Below, in pieces: positions 36,862 through 47,416 of a DNA stretch of 64,000 nt. The position numbers were made by a program, and so were the translations under genes. The notes under the pieces are model-generated. The model did not search any database, had not been told where the DNA came from, and worked only from the letters and a program-made list of their open reading frames with translations. The stretch spans positions 1 to 64,000 of the IMG/VR virus record IMGVR_UViG_3300005468_000016; one strand, written 5' to 3'. How positions within the stretch are numbered: position 1 is the first letter of the stretch; each line of letters begins with the position of its first letter. The DNA comes from a virus.

Positions 36862-38736
36862 GTGGACGGCGGCTCGACGCTTCAACCTGCATCCCTAGGA
36901 ATCTCGCCCGGCAATGGGTTGGGAATGGGGAGCATGTTGCTGTCGCTCGATGCGTCGGTGGGCGTGCGACTTGGCGACGATGGCTTGCCGAAAGATGTCC
37001 TGCTCTGGCGCAACGGCGATAACCTCACCACCAAGGGCACGTTCAAACTCACCGATCGGTCGCGCAAACTGGTCATGGCGGACTGGGAAGCGCGGATGGG
37101 CGGGGTCGTTTCTCCGTCTGGGGATGGTCCGGGTTCGTTCGACTTTGACCACGACGAGTTCAACGACAACCTGCCGGGCTATCAGAAGATCTCGGCGGGT
37201 TCGTTTCACCTCGCGCTCGACGGCAAAGACTTCTGGCTGACCGGCTGCGGGTTTACTGAACTCGCCGCTGGACAGATCAAGAAGAAGGAAAAGCGCTCGA
37301 CCTCGGGCGCTTTCTACTTTGACCCGAAGACCGGCGAATTCACGTCGCTTATCAACTGCGCGTTGACCAATCTCCCCGCCACCTACAAGCAACCGCTGCT
37401 CGCCAATGGCCACGGTCGCGCGGGGGTCGGCATCGTCTACGCCCCGCCCGATGGACCGCAAGAGGAACGGCGCGTCATCGTTCAGGTGCCGGCGCTTGTC
37501 TTTGCGGGCGATGTGACCGATGCGCAGAAGTTGGCGCTGTCGAGTGCGCTGGACTTGCTCGGTCAGGGGAAACTGGAAGACGCGGGTCGGGCGTTGCTCG
37601 GTGCCCCGTCTGAACCCGCGCCCGCGCCCATCGTCCCCGATTCTCCTGCGGCCCCCGCTGCAACCAAAACCTCTCCGGAGACCACCTCCATGCACTATCA
37701 GGACCCGAATTTCGTCGGCACCTACCACGGCTACATGCTCCGCTACATGGCCTCCTGCGATATGGAGTCCATGATGACCGCGATCTATCTCAACGGCGAG
37801 TTGCCGAAGATGTCGGCGGCGATGGAACTCAGCAAGTACTGTGAGGCGCTCGCGGCCAACGTCATGCACTGCGCTGGGGCACTTGCCGAGTGCATGCAGA
37901 AGGGCGCCGAGGATGGCGATGATGAGTCGATGGACGAAGCCTCGCAGGCATCGCTCATCGCCAAGACCCCCGAGTCGCTCAAGGCCAAGGTCGAGGAAGT
38001 CCTTGCCGCATGCAAGGCTGCCAAACTCGGCGGACTTCTCCAGAAGGCGCACAAGGCGGCGCTTGCCGCGGTCGATGCCAAGACGTTCGACAAGACGGCG
38101 CTTTCTGCCCTATCTTCGCTCGGCAAAGACCTCCCGACGATGCGCGCATCCGCGGTGCTGGTCAAGCGCGTGATGGTGTCGCTCGATGTCAAGAGCGAGG
38201 CCGAGATCATCCCGGCGCTCACCGACAAGAATACCCTGCTCGAACAGACCAAGCAGCAGGCGCTGACGGCACTGTCCGCGGCGGGTGCCGATGTCAAGGT
38301 CGCCCGCGCGACAGCCATCGCCGAGATGCTCAGCCACAAGCACAACGGCAAGGATGCGCCGCTCATCACGCCAGCCGATGCGCAGCTTGCACAGGGCCTG
38401 GACCCCGTTGAGGGGAAACCGACGGGCCTGCCCCCCTACTCACTGGAGGAATTGAGCCTGATCAAGCAGAGGGCGCTGGCGCGGCTCAATGGACAGGCGC
38501 AGGGCCAGAGTTCGGCGGTGGCTGGCTTGTCAGTGGCGCCAGTCCCGACGCCTGCACCCGCGCCGCTGCCTGGCGCCATTACTTCGACGGTCGGCAGTGA
38601 CCAAGCCTTGGCGTTGGTCAAGGCCATGTGTCCCGACGTGAAACCCGAGATGGTCGCCGAATCGGTCAAGGCCACGCTCAGCGGAACCCAGCCCCACTAT
38701 CAGCGCGTTGGCCTAGCCATCGCGAGTCCCCAGTAA
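36862..38736 (+). CDS. Mu gpI-like capsid maturation protease/scaffold
   Basis: KGTFKL, DFDH, A..QIKKKEKR.TS..F, ALTNLPA; long Ala-rich helical C-terminus; exact start uncertain. Confidence 0.8.
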   Translation: MDGGSTLQPASLGISPGNGLGMGSMLLSLDASVGVRLGDDGLPKDVLLWRNGDNLTTKGTFKLTDRSRKLVMADWEARMGGVVSPSGDGPGSFDFDHDEFNDNLPGYQKISAGSFHLALDGKDFWLTGCGFTELAAGQIKKKEKRSTSGAFYFDPKTGEFTSLINCALTNLPATYKQPLLANGHGRAGVGIVYAPPDGPQEERRVIVQVPALVFAGDVTDAQKLALSSALDLLGQGKLEDAGRALLGAPSEPAPAPIVPDSPAAPAATKTSPETTSMHYQDPNFVGTYHGYMLRYMASCDMESMMTAIYLNGELPKMSAAMELSKYCEALAANVMHCAGALAECMQKGAEDGDDESMDEASQASLIAKTPESLKAKVEEVLAACKAAKLGGLLQKAHKAALAAVDAKTFDKTALSALSSLGKDLPTMRASAVLVKRVMVSLDVKSEAEIIPALTDKNTLLEQTKQQALTALSAAGADVKVARATAIAEMLSHKHNGKDAPLITPADAQLAQGLDPVEGKPTGLPPYSLEELSLIKQRALARLNGQAQGQSSAVAGLSVAPVPTPAPAPLPGAITSTVGSDQALALVKAMCPDVKPEMVAESVKATLSGTQPHYQRVGLAIASPQ

Positions 38737-38748
38737 GGAGAGGCGCCC

Positions 38749-39183
38749 ATGGCACTCACTCACGATCGCGCGAATCCATATATCAATCCGTCGGACTTCC
38801 CCGGCGAGGAATACCAAGTTGCGGCACTCGGCTCCAGCTTTGCCGGCGGCATGGTCGGTCTGAACAGCAGCGGGTATCTGGACAAACTGCCGTCTGGCAA
38901 CACCATCGGCTTTCGGTTCCGGGGCCTGTCGCACCGCAACTGGGCGAATCCCACCGAAACCAATGGCGCATTCATTACCCGCGTGGACCGTCCGCACATC
39001 ATGCAGGGCCTCAAGGTCCTTGCGGGTGACCCGGTACTGCCCGCGGACCTCGGCAACGTGGTCTACGGCGCCGATGATGAGACGATCGCCAAAACCGACG
39101 GCGGCGGCACGCTGTGTGAAGTCGGAATCCTTCAGAAGATCAACCTCGACGGCACGGTCGATGTCAAGCCGCTTGAGCCGTAA
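38749..39183 (+). CDS. Capsid cement/decoration protein
   Basis: MALT.DR, DLG..VY..DDETIAKT..GGT...VG; lies between protease and capsid. Confidence 0.75.
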   Translation: MALTHDRANPYINPSDFPGEEYQVAALGSSFAGGMVGLNSSGYLDKLPSGNTIGFRFRGLSHRNWANPTETNGAFITRVDRPHIMQGLKVLAGDPVLPADLGNVVYGADDETIAKTDGGGTLCEVGILQKINLDGTVDVKPLEP

Positions 39184-39207
39184 CCCCGTGATGGAGATAT
39201 AGGAACC

Positions 39208-40221
39208 ATGGGCGCTCCTCCGAATCTGAATATCCCCATCCAGGGGAACACCAACATCATCAACAGCGTCATCGATGTGCGCTATACCGAGGGCTTCGGG
39301 CAGGCCAAGCCCTGGATCGGCGAGATCGCGGACGAGGTCATGTACACCCGGGGCGCGACCGTCATCATGTCCTGGACCGAAGAAGCCAAGCGGTTCAGGG
39401 AGTTCGATGGGGAGTTTCGTCTAGACCCATGGATTGTGGACGCGATCCAGACCACGGCCAAGCCATGGCAGTCAAACATCGGCGTAGACCGCTACGAGCA
39501 GATCGAAAACGTCTACATGAGCATCATCTCGCAGGCCAAGACGTTGGGCCGGCAGGCGGCGCTCCTTCCGTGTGACTGGGCGTCACTCGCCCTGCGGACG
39601 AATGGCAGCAGTTCCTCGCGCCCGTTCCTCTGGTACGATGGCCTGCCAGCCTTTTCAGAAACCCACCCGGTCGATCCACGCGGCGTCATCGGCGGAACCT
39701 GGCGGAACCTCTACAAGGGCCTGCCCTTCACCCACCAGAACATCATCGATGTCTATCAGTCGATGTGCGTGGGCGTGGTCCTGCCGAACGGGCGCCAGGT
39801 CAACGTGCGGCCGACCAAACTCGGCGTCAGTGGCAAGTACATCATCCAGGCCAAGAAGTTCTGTGAGTCCGACCTCATCGTCTCGGCCATTCAGTCGTCG
39901 GTGATTCCGGGACAGCAGGCATTCGGTGCGGAGCGCAACCCCATCCAAGGGATGCTCGCCCCGGTGGTGATGAACGAACTCACTCAGACGATCCGCGACG
40001 TGCCCGGCGAGCCCGATGTCTGGTACATGTGGGACGATTCCGTGGTCAAGCCGCTCACGGTGTACTGGATACTCAAGCCCTACGTGACGCCGATCGTCTC
40101 GGATACCGATGGTCTGGTGCGCACGACCAATACCTATATGTACCTCGCCGAGGCGCATGGCGTCTGCGTAGTCAAGGCCCCCTGGTACATCGCCCGCATC
40201 GAACCCGGCATCGGCCCGTAA
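39208..40221 (+). CDS. Major capsid protein (Mu gpT-like)
   Basis: FREF.GE, YDGLP.FS.THPV, RPTKL.V, W...D....KP. Confidence 0.85.
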   Translation: MGAPPNLNIPIQGNTNIINSVIDVRYTEGFGQAKPWIGEIADEVMYTRGATVIMSWTEEAKRFREFDGEFRLDPWIVDAIQTTAKPWQSNIGVDRYEQIENVYMSIISQAKTLGRQAALLPCDWASLALRTNGSSSSRPFLWYDGLPAFSETHPVDPRGVIGGTWRNLYKGLPFTHQNIIDVYQSMCVGVVLPNGRQVNVRPTKLGVSGKYIIQAKKFCESDLIVSAIQSSVIPGQQAFGAERNPIQGMLAPVVMNELTQTIRDVPGEPDVWYMWDDSVVKPLTVYWILKPYVTPIVSDTDGLVRTTNTYMYLAEAHGVCVVKAPWYIARIEPGIGP

Positions 40222-40237
40222 AGGAAAGAGGTCTACC

Positions 40238-41428
40238 ATGTCTATCGTTGCAGTTCAGACGACTTTCCCCGTCGCGGGTGATATGGACTCGGCCCCCACG
40301 CAGCTTGGTGGGCTGATTCCGGCCGTCCAACTCGTCCAAGGTTCGGGGCAGATCGCGGCCAGTGTGACCCAGGGCTCGGGAAGCGCGGTGATTAAGATCC
40401 TGCGCTGGAATCCGGGTCTTGTGGCTTGGGACTACGTCGAGGAGGGCGCCGAGAAACAGGTCGGCGTCGTGCCGGCGTCGTTTGCCCCCGCGGGCGATGT
40501 CACCGACACCAACGAGTTCGCGGTGCCGATCGATGCCTACTACTGCGCGCTTCTCACCACCGACCCGCCGAGTGGTGACGTCAACAACCTGACCGTGGAC
40601 ATCTCAGGTCAAGCGTCGGGCGGACTCACTCCGGACGTGCAGACGTTTACCGCCGATGGTGTGTGGATGAAACCCCCGGGCGCATACACCACTCTGACCG
40701 TCAAGGTCCGCGGTGGTGGTGGTGGTGGTGGCTCGGGCGCTCGGCGTCCGACGACTGCCGCGGGCGGTGGCGGCGGCGGCGGCGGGGCTTATTCCGAGAT
40801 CACCATGCCGTTCGCGACGGCGCTTGCGAGTTATGTGGTCACGATTGGCGCAGGCGGAGCGGGCGGTCTTGGGCAGACGGCAGATGGCACGGATGGCCTG
40901 GCTGGTGGGTCCGGTGGCACCACATCCGCCGCGGCCTTGGTCACGGCGAACGGTGGCACGGGTGGCGGCGGTGGCGGCCTTGTCAATGGCGCGCAGGGCC
41001 TCGGTGGCTCGGGCACCTCGGCGGGCGGGAATGGCGGCGCGGGCGCGGTCACCAATGGCGCAACCGCTGCCACGGCCACGGGCGGATCGGCGGGTGGCGG
41101 TGGTGGTGGCGGATTCGACAGTGGCGGCCCCTCCTATGGCAATGGCGGCTTCGGCGGCTCGGTCATGCCCTACCCGGCGGCGGGCGGCGTGGGCGGCTCG
41201 GGGGCACCTTCGACCGCGGGCGGCGGTGGCAATCCGACCGTGGCGGGCGGCCCCGGAACCGGCGGTGGCGGCGGATCGGGTTCGCTCGGTGTCGCGCCAG
41301 CCGGTGCGGGCGGCGGTGCGGGCATCTACGGCGCAGGGGGCGGTGGTGGCGGCGGAACGAACGACGGCGTGAATTCCGGTGCGGGTGGCAACGGCACGGC
41401 GGGTTACGCGGAGTTCATCGCGTCGTAA
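40238..41428 (+). CDS. Glycine-rich virion protein
   Basis: QTFT.DG.W.KP.G....V...GGGGGGGSG glycine-rich domain. Confidence 0.75.
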   Translation: MSIVAVQTTFPVAGDMDSAPTQLGGLIPAVQLVQGSGQIAASVTQGSGSAVIKILRWNPGLVAWDYVEEGAEKQVGVVPASFAPAGDVTDTNEFAVPIDAYYCALLTTDPPSGDVNNLTVDISGQASGGLTPDVQTFTADGVWMKPPGAYTTLTVKVRGGGGGGGSGARRPTTAAGGGGGGGGAYSEITMPFATALASYVVTIGAGGAGGLGQTADGTDGLAGGSGGTTSAAALVTANGGTGGGGGGLVNGAQGLGGSGTSAGGNGGAGAVTNGATAATATGGSAGGGGGGGFDSGGPSYGNGGFGGSVMPYPAAGGVGGSGAPSTAGGGGNPTVAGGPGTGGGGGSGSLGVAPAGAGGGAGIYGAGGGGGGGTNDGVNSGAGGNGTAGYAEFIAS

Positions 41429-41452
41429 GCACAAGACCGACAGGAGGAATTC

Positions 41453-41890
41453 ATGGATCTCTCTGCGATTAGCTTTGATTCGCTCTCTGCCATGACGGCG
41501 GGGCTTAGCGATCAGTGCGTCGGCATTGAGATCCCGTTATCTTCCTCTGTGGCTGAGTATGAGTTCGGCGATCACAGCACCGTCACAGACCGCGGGATTC
41601 GCGAGACGTGGTGGCGGTGCTGGATCGTCGGCGGTGAGGCGGCCTGGACGGAGTATTTCGCGCTGGTTTGGCGGGAGACAACCGGTCTTACCATTCCAGC
41701 GAGTCCGGACCTCACGCCGTCTGCCATCAAGCAAGAGATGGTGCTGGTTCGCGGCAATGCCATCTTTCCCGAGTTCGTCCTACGATCGCCGCGCGATAAG
41801 CCATACGGCTATTACCGCTGGTCTGGGGGCGCTACCACGCTCCGGGCCGTGCGCGTAATGCCGCCACATGTCAACCCGCCAGCCCTGTGA
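41453..41890 (+). CDS. Hypothetical protein
   Basis: AGGAGG RBS; located in the structural operon. Confidence 0.6.
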   Translation: MDLSAISFDSLSAMTAGLSDQCVGIEIPLSSSVAEYEFGDHSTVTDRGIRETWWRCWIVGGEAAWTEYFALVWRETTGLTIPASPDLTPSAIKQEMVLVRGNAIFPEFVLRSPRDKPYGYYRWSGGATTLRAVRVMPPHVNPPAL

Positions 41891-41896
41891 GCACTC

Positions 41897-43135
41897 ATGG
41901 GCTTCGCACTCAACCAAACACCACCGACGGGGGCGGACACGGTCTGGACACTCCTCCAGGTCGCGATCAATCCGCGGGCCTATCAACCCGTGGTGCCGCC
42001 GCCGTTTGTGTTTGATGACTGCGATTGCAACTGCTCGGGGCCTTGTCATCATCGCCGGCAATACTCGGACTGCGGGCCGTGTGGGTCTTACTCGCTGTCC
42101 TCGTTTTCCTGCCACGGGTCGCAGTACATGTACACCTGCGATCCGCCGGATTTCTGCCAGCCCTGCTGCGGCGGATGGACGGTCAAGCAGTCGGGCGGCG
42201 GTGGCACGGGCGGGCAATACACGATCTGCGGACTCATCCAGAAGATGGCGGCGGATCTCGCTGTGCCGTTTTCATGGTTCGTGCTTGAAGGCCCACCCTA
42301 CGTGACCAGCCCCCGTCCTTCGGGTGGCGTGGTCTATCACCGGCAGTGGAAGATCCAGCGCGGGGCCGATAACACCCAGTGGCGCATCTACTACAGCGCC
42401 CGCGCAGGCTTTACGGGTGGCACGCCGGGGCCGACGCAGACCCCGAGCGCGATCGATGAGCAGCCGATCTTGGGCGGTGGGACCGATGCAGCGCCGACCT
42501 TCGGGACGCTGCTGCCGCCTGATGGAACGTACCGCGCGCAGATCCACGTCTACGAGGATGGGCTCCAGCCGGGCCTGTACCTTGTGACCTATCCGATCGG
42601 CAGCGCCATCCCGAATGCCTGTTTCCTGATCGATTCCTTGGCGCCGGGCAGTTACCCCATGGATTCCTCGGGAGCCTCCAAAGAGCAGGACCCGATCGTC
42701 ATCTACCAGCGCACCGGGGCCGATACGCTGCTCGTTTCGTCGCTCGCGAGCGAACTCTCTGGCCCCATGGGGTGGCTGAACTACACCTATACGCTGCCGC
42801 CCGCGCAGGCGTTCGTGCGGTTGCCGGCCACGTTCGACGCAGTCTTTGATGCGGGTGGCGTGCCGCAAGTCGTCATTCCGCGGGGCCTGAACCAGGGCAT
42901 TCTGGAGGACGCGATCGATACAGGTCGCGCCACCTACGTTCGCCGCGCCGCACTCGGGGGAACGACCGCGCGCAAGGGCGATGCGTCGGGGTGGTTATGG
43001 AATGGGATCGCGGGCATTGCGAGCGGTCAACTCGTCGGGCAGAAGACTGGCCATGGTGCGAATCCGTACTTTTGGGCGACCTTCGGCGATGTGTTGCTCC
43101 GCTGGGATGGCGTGACCAAGCAGGTGCTGACATGA
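41897..43135 (+). CDS. Putative virion protein with a Cys/His-rich insert
   Basis: 412-aa ORF in the structural operon. Confidence 0.65.
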   Translation: MGFALNQTPPTGADTVWTLLQVAINPRAYQPVVPPPFVFDDCDCNCSGPCHHRRQYSDCGPCGSYSLSSFSCHGSQYMYTCDPPDFCQPCCGGWTVKQSGGGGTGGQYTICGLIQKMAADLAVPFSWFVLEGPPYVTSPRPSGGVVYHRQWKIQRGADNTQWRIYYSARAGFTGGTPGPTQTPSAIDEQPILGGGTDAAPTFGTLLPPDGTYRAQIHVYEDGLQPGLYLVTYPIGSAIPNACFLIDSLAPGSYPMDSSGASKEQDPIVIYQRTGADTLLVSSLASELSGPMGWLNYTYTLPPAQAFVRLPATFDAVFDAGGVPQVVIPRGLNQGILEDAIDTGRATYVRRAALGGTTARKGDASGWLWNGIAGIASGQLVGQKTGHGANPYFWATFGDVLLRWDGVTKQVLT

Positions 43136-43617
43136 GCACTTTGGCCACATCGCCCGCCGCCGTCACTTGTCCGCCGCCGCTGACGTTGTCCAATGGGCGG
43201 TTTGCCTATGCGTGCGCCGATCAGGGACTGCTGCGCGGTGGATACCTGACGCCGCAGGATGTCCGGAACTTCGCGCTGCCCTCGCGCACAACCAAGGACA
43301 TCACCGACAGCATCCTTTGGTTCCACTGTGCGGCGGTCTCCTCGGAATTCCGCGGCTACGCCCGCAAGCGCTACCGCCTGCCGCTCCTTTCGTGGGGCGC
43401 GGGCGTGGTGCAAAAGCTCGCCTTCCGGGCTGCTGGTTCTGCGCTCCGTCAGCGAGGGTTCGCCGAAGACGGGAACGAGCATATCATGAAGGCGTACGAG
43501 GAGTCCGGACAGTGGATGGTGGATGTCCGCGACTACAAGATCGATGTCGATGTCCTTGAATCGCAGCCGATCGTCGGGACGCCGCGGGCCTCTTCGCTGC
43601 CTCTGAGGGGGTGGTGA
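43132..43617 (+). CDS. Head-tail adaptor (Mu gp36/DUF1320-like)
   Basis: SSEFRGY.RKRY.LPL..W ... YE...QW..DV. Confidence 0.75.
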   Translation: MSTLATSPAAVTCPPPLTLSNGRFAYACADQGLLRGGYLTPQDVRNFALPSRTTKDITDSILWFHCAAVSSEFRGYARKRYRLPLLSWGAGVVQKLAFRAAGSALRQRGFAEDGNEHIMKAYEESGQWMVDVRDYKIDVDVLESQPIVGTPRASSLPLRGW

Positions 43618-44096
43618 TGGGTCGGTTTGCTTCCATGCGCGGGCCGACCGCCCGGCTTGAGCGCTTCGCTGCTCGGCTCGATGGCGTGGTGGTGGCGGTG
43701 CTCGACCGCGTGAGTGGTGCCGCAGAAAAAGCGGTGCCTGGGCTTATCGAGAAAGGTTACGCGAGCCGGACCAGTCCCTACGGTACGCCCTGGCCGCAAC
43801 CCAAGGCCGGCAACAAGCCCATGGAACGCAACGGCAAGCTGCGCAAGAGCTACGAGGTCATCCGCCTGGTCAGTGGCAAGCGGTGGATGGTCTGGGCCAG
43901 CAACAACGCGAGGTCCAAGGGCGGCGCTTACTACGGTGCCATCCTGCAAAAAGGCTTCCGGCATCACTGGGGCAGTTACGTCGCGCCGCGCAAGCAGGTC
44001 CCCGATGCGGGCAAGCTGCCGCCGCGGTGGGCCGAGCGGCTGCGGGATGTGGCCCAGCGCGAAGGCGATCGGGTTCTTGCGGGGGTCGGGCGATGA
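43617..44096 (+). CDS. Virion morphogenesis / tail completion protein
   Basis: SPYGTPW, ..RNGKLRKS, YGAILQKG. Confidence 0.75.
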   Translation: MGRFASMRGPTARLERFAARLDGVVVAVLDRVSGAAEKAVPGLIEKGYASRTSPYGTPWPQPKAGNKPMERNGKLRKSYEVIRLVSGKRWMVWASNNARSKGGAYYGAILQKGFRHHWGSYVAPRKQVPDAGKLPPRWAERLRDVAQREGDRVLAGVGR

Positions 44097-44788
44097 GCAC
44101 GATTCATTCAGGACCGCCCGATCCGCCCGGCGAGCCGACCGATACCGGGGAGTTTCGTTCGCAGCAGAACGTAACGCTCGGATGGGTGGCGGTTGTGGAG
44201 CAAATCATCCACGGAAATCCCGAACGCCCCGAGGTCCCGTCGCTTCGCACCATGTACGCGCCCGAGGTCGAGATCGATGGCCAGCGGACCATTACGACCT
44301 GGAAGCGCGGCGGGGTGGATGGTGCGCCCGTGGTCGGAGACGATCCGCCCGGGACCGAGGGCAACTACTTTATCGGCGAACAATACATTACGCTGAACTA
44401 CTCGCCGCAGACCATCGTCTTTGCCCGCGCGCCCGTGCCGATTCTCTCGACGCCCACGCCGATGATTGGCTACCACCGCACGGGCTACAAGCAAATCTAC
44501 AACGCCATCTATACGATTCAGACCCGCGTCTGGGCATTCGACGATGACGATGCGCAGGAACTCTTTAACTACATCGTCGCTGCCACCTACGTGCAAACCG
44601 TGGGCAGTGCGCTCGGGTCGGTCTGGGAGAATCTGACCTACGCCCCGAAGCGCCCGAGCACGCGCGGCACGGTGATGGAGTTTGGCCTGAAGGTGGGCGT
44701 GCCGGTCTTCCTGCCCCCGCTCACCCCTGCGCGCCCCTGCTTTATCAACCAAAGGACTGCGATATGTCGGCCGACAAGCGACACCTAA
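44093..44788 (+). CDS. Putative tail terminator
   Basis: Synteny before sheath; RVWA.D.DDA.EL. Confidence 0.55.
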   Translation: MSTIHSGPPDPPGEPTDTGEFRSQQNVTLGWVAVVEQIIHGNPERPEVPSLRTMYAPEVEIDGQRTITTWKRGGVDGAPVVGDDPPGTEGNYFIGEQYITLNYSPQTIVFARAPVPILSTPTPMIGYHRTGYKQIYNAIYTIQTRVWAFDDDDAQELFNYIVAATYVQTVGSALGSVWENLTYAPKRPSTRGTVMEFGLKVGVPVFLPPLTPARPCFINQRTAICRPTSDT

Positions 44789-45066
44789 ACGAGCACGAAG
44801 CGAGCGCAGGACTTGCGCCGCCTCCGAAGAACGATCGCGGGGCGCCGTTCCATGATGCCAAGGCGGGCATTCGCGCGGCCCTTCGCCACAAACTGGGCCT
44901 TGTCGGCGTCGCACTCACCGATGAGCGTCAGTATCTGACCGACGAAGCGTTTCAGGCTGCGCTGGACAAGACCCTCGCGCACTCGCCGGAACTGCCGCAG
45001 AAGATCATGCCGATGGCGTCGCGCGGGATGCCCATGATGGCCGCCGCGAAGGGGAAGGAATAAGCC

Positions 45067-46842
45067 ATGAGCCTCGTACCGGCGATTACGCAGCAGATCC
45101 TTGACGGGGGCCTCGGGATTCCGGCGCCAAATCCTGCACTTCTCCATGTCGGCGTGGGCATCTCCTCGGCGGGCGTGCGCAACAAGGCCCGGCTTCAGGC
45201 GGACGTGGCGACCCTGGTTTCCACGAACCAAGCCGGGCCGCTCGTCACCAAGGCCGCGCACCACTTGCAGCGGGCGGGGCAACTCTGGACCGTCCGCACC
45301 AACACCTCGAACCCCGGTTCCATCGGAGCCGTGACCAAGGTCCCCGCGGGACCCGGGACTGGGATGCTCGCGGTCACGCTCAGCACCTACATCATCCATG
45401 CCCCCGCAGCAGCCGGTGCGCCGCTCAACCTCGTGACGGGGTTTGTGCGGCTGCCGATTCCCGGCAAGATCACGATCTCGCTGGCGGCGCCGGGTGTGGC
45501 GACGAGCTACACCGTCATCGGCAAGGATCTAGAAGGCAACGTCCAGACCGAAGTCATCGCACTGGCGGCGGCCCCAAGCACGAATCTCAGTGTGAACGAG
45601 TACACCGAGATCATCTCCATTACCACGCCGTCGGACCCGATGGGCGTCTCCAGTTTCACCAACGTCTCGACGACGCCGGTTGACAGCTACGAGATGATCT
45701 TCGAGGTCACGCAGTCGGGAAGCGTCGCCGCGCAGACGATGCAATTCCGCTACAGCATGGACAAGGGGCGGACATTCTCCGCGACCTTGGTCGTGCCGGC
45801 GGGCGGGGCGTTGCAGGTGCAGACCTACGCGCCGGGCGGCTCGAACAACCCCTACCTCGGGTTCACTGTCACCTTTGCGGACGCCGCCGGTCCGGTATTC
45901 TTCGTCAAGGGCGACCGCTTCACCTTTGAGACGTTGGCTCCGACGTGGAGCCTGAACGATCTACTGACCGCGCTTGATGCGGTGGCGAACGACCCCGATG
46001 TGCGGCAACTCTACTCGGGCTTTCACGTCGTCGGGGCGGCCGATGGCACCACGTTCGCGGCGGTCGAGTCGCAGCTTCAGTCCTACGCGGACCAGAAGTT
46101 CCAGTACCGCTTCATCTACTTGGAGGCGGCACGGCAGGGCGCGGCGGTGGAATCGACCTGGGCGGCGTCCGTGGTATCGAGTTTCAACGCGACAGGCGTG
46201 CGCACGGGCGTCGTGGCGATGGATGGCGATATCGACGACCCGAGCACGCGCACGTTCCCGCGGCGGAACCTGGGCAGCGTCTATATGGCACGGCTCATGT
46301 CCTGCCCGATCTCGGAACTCCCCTCGCACGTCAATTGTGAGACGGTCTTCGGGACCAAGACGAACCTGGAAGGCATGGTGAAACTCTACCAGGGCGACGC
46401 CAGCAACACCGTCTTGACGCTCGCGAACATCGTGGCGTTCCGGACCTTCCCGACGCGCACCGGGTTCTACATCACCCGCGGAATTCTAAAGACCCTGGAG
46501 ACTTCGGACTATCGCGACATTCCGAACCGCCGGGTCATGGACACCGCCGCGACCATCGGGTACGACGCCGCGCTCCCGTTCTTGCAGGCGGAGCTTCTGG
46601 CGAATCCGACGACGGGCCAACTCGACCCGACCGAGGCGCGCAAGATCCGCGAGTACATCTTCGCGCAAGAGCAGACGGTGCTACTCGGGGGACAGCGACG
46701 GCATGTTTCCGATCTGCGGGTGGACGTGAGCACGCTCAACCCGTTCCTGCGCGACCGCACCGTCAACACCACGATCCGCATCGTGCCGCGGGGCGCTGTG
46801 GACTTTATCAACCAAGTCTACAGCTACGCGCCGACGATTTAA
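45067..46842 (+). CDS. Tail sheath protein (DUF2586-like)
   Basis: I.DGGLG N-terminus, FRYS.D.G.TFS, FVKGD.FTF.T.AP, SDYR.I.NRRVMD.A. Confidence 0.88.
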   Translation: MSLVPAITQQILDGGLGIPAPNPALLHVGVGISSAGVRNKARLQADVATLVSTNQAGPLVTKAAHHLQRAGQLWTVRTNTSNPGSIGAVTKVPAGPGTGMLAVTLSTYIIHAPAAAGAPLNLVTGFVRLPIPGKITISLAAPGVATSYTVIGKDLEGNVQTEVIALAAAPSTNLSVNEYTEIISITTPSDPMGVSSFTNVSTTPVDSYEMIFEVTQSGSVAAQTMQFRYSMDKGRTFSATLVVPAGGALQVQTYAPGGSNNPYLGFTVTFADAAGPVFFVKGDRFTFETLAPTWSLNDLLTALDAVANDPDVRQLYSGFHVVGAADGTTFAAVESQLQSYADQKFQYRFIYLEAARQGAAVESTWAASVVSSFNATGVRTGVVAMDGDIDDPSTRTFPRRNLGSVYMARLMSCPISELPSHVNCETVFGTKTNLEGMVKLYQGDASNTVLTLANIVAFRTFPTRTGFYITRGILKTLETSDYRDIPNRRVMDTAATIGYDAALPFLQAELLANPTTGQLDPTEARKIREYIFAQEQTVLLGGQRRHVSDLRVDVSTLNPFLRDRTVNTTIRIVPRGAVDFINQVYSYAPTI

Positions 46843-46854
46843 GGAGCCGCTCCC

Positions 46855-47373
46855 ATGCCTCCGATTTCCCAGCGATATCCCTACCCGCGCATCAACGGGC
46901 TTTACGCGCAGCACGCCTCGATCAGCGTCATGATCAACGGCGTGAATTTCTACGACATCCCGGACATCTCGGGTGTCGGCGATTCGTGCGAGCCCACGAT
47001 CGTGCGGGGCCTCTCTCGGGTGGGCCTCGGCATGACCGCGGGCAACAACGAATCCGAGGACTTGCAGATCACGTTCTTTCAGAGCGTATGGCCCGAGGTG
47101 GAAAACGCCATCGATCCGAACGGCATCGGCATCTACGACATATTCCCGATCGCGCTCCATATGGAGATCACCGAGGCTGGCATCCCGACCCAGACCCGCG
47201 ACTGGGTGGCGCTCCGGCTGAGCAAGGTCACAGAGACTTCCAGTTACTCCAGCGAGCCGATCAAGACCGTGGCCACGTTCAAGAACATCGCCATGGTGCG
47301 CAACGGTCGGAATCCCGTCGTCGGGATCAACTTCAACTACAACCAGAACCTGCTCAAGATCGTGGGCGTGTAG
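46855..47373 (+). CDS. Tail tube protein
   Basis: YPRING...AS.S, G.T.G; follows the sheath gene. Confidence 0.75.
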   Translation: MPPISQRYPYPRINGLYAQHASISVMINGVNFYDIPDISGVGDSCEPTIVRGLSRVGLGMTAGNNESEDLQITFFQSVWPEVENAIDPNGIGIYDIFPIALHMEITEAGIPTQTRDWVALRLSKVTETSSYSSEPIKTVATFKNIAMVRNGRNPVVGINFNYNQNLLKIVGV

Positions 47374-47416
47374 CCCGAACCACAACCCGCAGGGCCGAAA
47401 AGGCCGGAGGACTGCG

